Source: Planctomycetota bacterium (GTDB taxonomy: Bacteria > Planctomycetota > PLA2 > JAEUHO01). Taken from it: 64,000 bases of DNA. Below are positions 62,750-64,000 of the stretch, in pieces. Positions within the stretch are counted from its first letter, which is position 1. Every line of letters begins with the position of its first letter. The position numbers and the translations under genes were made by a program. Below the pieces are notes generated by a model, which made no database searches, was not told the DNA's origin, and was given only the letters and a program-made list of their open reading frames with translations. The stretch spans positions 32,001 to 96,000 of the forward strand of contig JBFWRP010000006.1 of NCBI GenBank assembly GCA_050248855.1. Direction: 5' to 3'.

Positions 62750-63595
62750 ATGTCGCGGATCCGTTCGTGGGCTGGTTGGGGAGCACTGGTCACCGGCGCC
62801 AGCTCGGGCATCGGTGAAGCGATCGCGCGCCGCTTGGCGGGCGAGGGAGCGCGGCTCGTCATCACCGCCCGTCGCGAGGAGCGCCTGGCGGCACTCGCCA
62901 GCGAGCTTCGCAGCGCGGGTGCACCCGAGGTCCACGTCGTCGTGGCGGACCTGACGGAGCCTGGGGCCCCCGCTCGCGTGGCGGCGGAGGCCACGGCGCA
63001 GCTCGGACGTGTCGACCTGCTCGTCAACAACGCAGGCTTTGCCGTTCCCGGGCGCTTCGACCGCGGCGACCTCGAGCGGCAGCGATCCATGCTGCGTCTC
63101 AACGTCGAGGCGTCCACCGAGCTGCTCCGTCGCCTGCTGCCGCCCATGCTCGAAGCGGGACGCGGCGCCGTGCTCAACGTCGCGAGCATCGCGGGCTACC
63201 AAGCCGCCCCGTACCAAGCGGCCTACGCAGGCACCAAGGCCTACCTCCTGAACCTGTCCTGCGGCGTGCACCAGGAGGTCAAGGGCACGGGGGTGCACGT
63301 CACGGCCCTCTGCCCGGGCGTGACCGACACCGAGTTCTTCGAGGCCGCGGGCTACACGCGCATGCCCCGGATCCTGCGCTGGCGGATGCCGGCGGACCGC
63401 GTGGCCCGCGCCGGGCTGGCGGCCCTCGCCAAGGGGCGCATGGAGGTCGTGCCGGGGTTCGTGAACAAGGCCCAGCTGTTCAGCCAGCGCTTCCTGCCCC
63501 GCACCTGGGTGGCCGCCCTGGCCAAGCGCCTCCTGGAGGGCCGTCCGCACCCTGACAGCCCGGCGGACAGGCCCCCGGGGGCCGGTGGGGCCTGA
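62750..63595 (+). CDS. Short-chain dehydrogenase/reductase
   Basis: TGASSGIG, NNAG, NVAS, YAGTK and CPG. Confidence 0.92.
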   Translation: MSRIRSWAGWGALVTGASSGIGEAIARRLAGEGARLVITARREERLAALASELRSAGAPEVHVVVADLTEPGAPARVAAEATAQLGRVDLLVNNAGFAVPGRFDRGDLERQRSMLRLNVEASTELLRRLLPPMLEAGRGAVLNVASIAGYQAAPYQAAYAGTKAYLLNLSCGVHQEVKGTGVHVTALCPGVTDTEFFEAAGYTRMPRILRWRMPADRVARAGLAALAKGRMEVVPGFVNKAQLFSQRFLPRTWVAALAKRLLEGRPHPDSPADRPPGAGGA

Positions 63596-63710
63596 ACGGG
63601 GGCCTCCCGCCGCGCGGTGGGCGTGCTACCTTCGCGCGGACGGTCGGCCGGGTCGGGAGCCCGGTCGGCGGCGCCTCCTGCCCTCGGGCCGGGGCGTGGC
63701 GGAGGGAACC

Positions 63711-64000
63711 ATGACGACCACGATCCGGGTCCGCGCCCTTGCGGTGGCGCTCGCCCTGTCCTTGCCCGTGGTGCTGGGCGGGACGGCGTTCGCCGGAGAC
63801 GGCGCCCCGAGCGCCGACCAAGTCGCCGCCTGGGCCTCCGATTCGCCCGCGCCGGCGCATGTCGTCGTGGCCGGGGGGCAGGGTGTCGTCGCTGGATGCC
63901 GCGACGGCGCTTCGTGCGACGAGTGCAAGGTCGTCACGCACTGCGAGGAAATCACCGAGACGGTCAAGGTCCCCGTCTACGGGATCAAGTCGGTGCCCTG
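63711..64000 (+). CDS. Exported hypothetical protein (partial)
   Basis: GGAGG RBS and signal peptide MTTTIRVRALAVALALSLPVVLGGTAFA; open to the window end. Confidence 0.6.
   Translation, partial: MTTTIRVRALAVALALSLPVVLGGTAFAGDGAPSADQVAAWASDSPAPAHVVVAGGQGVVAGCRDGASCDECKVVTHCEEITETVKVPVYGIKSVP

Overview
GC-rich bacterial chromosome segment; a Planctomycetota-like origin is a loose inference from the PurL architecture and secretin style. The left flank is housekeeping (purQ, purL with PurS-like N-terminal domains, accA, two exported PDZ proteins). A ~40.5 kb block (7331-47840) is bounded by two diverged copies of the 3' end of the PDZ gene (7280-7330 and 47841-47891, 45/51 nt identical), which suggests an integrated island. 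The block has two parts. (i) A nitrogen-oxide respiration supercluster: narK fused to DoxX, tetR, ric, a PAS histidine kinase with a sigma54 activator, then one long operon of diheme cytochrome c, narGHJI, narK2, alternative complex III (actABCDEF), a second RIC/YtfE with a signal peptide, a qNor-family protein with the nitric oxide dismutase (Nod) signature substitutions, and a monoheme cytochrome c. No nirS, nirK or nrfA is present. (ii) An anaerobic benzoyl-CoA cluster: had, bzdR/boxR-like regulator, class I benzoyl-CoA reductase, dch, RidA fusion, amidohydrolase and radical SAM. The right flank has an orphan antitoxin, fabH-like, addB/addA and small genes separated by REP/MITE-like palindromic repeats. 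The best candidate for an undescribed system is the Nar-ACIII-exported RIC-Nod-like operon, possibly a Nir-independent (perhaps oxygenic) denitrification module that travels with anaerobic aromatic catabolism.
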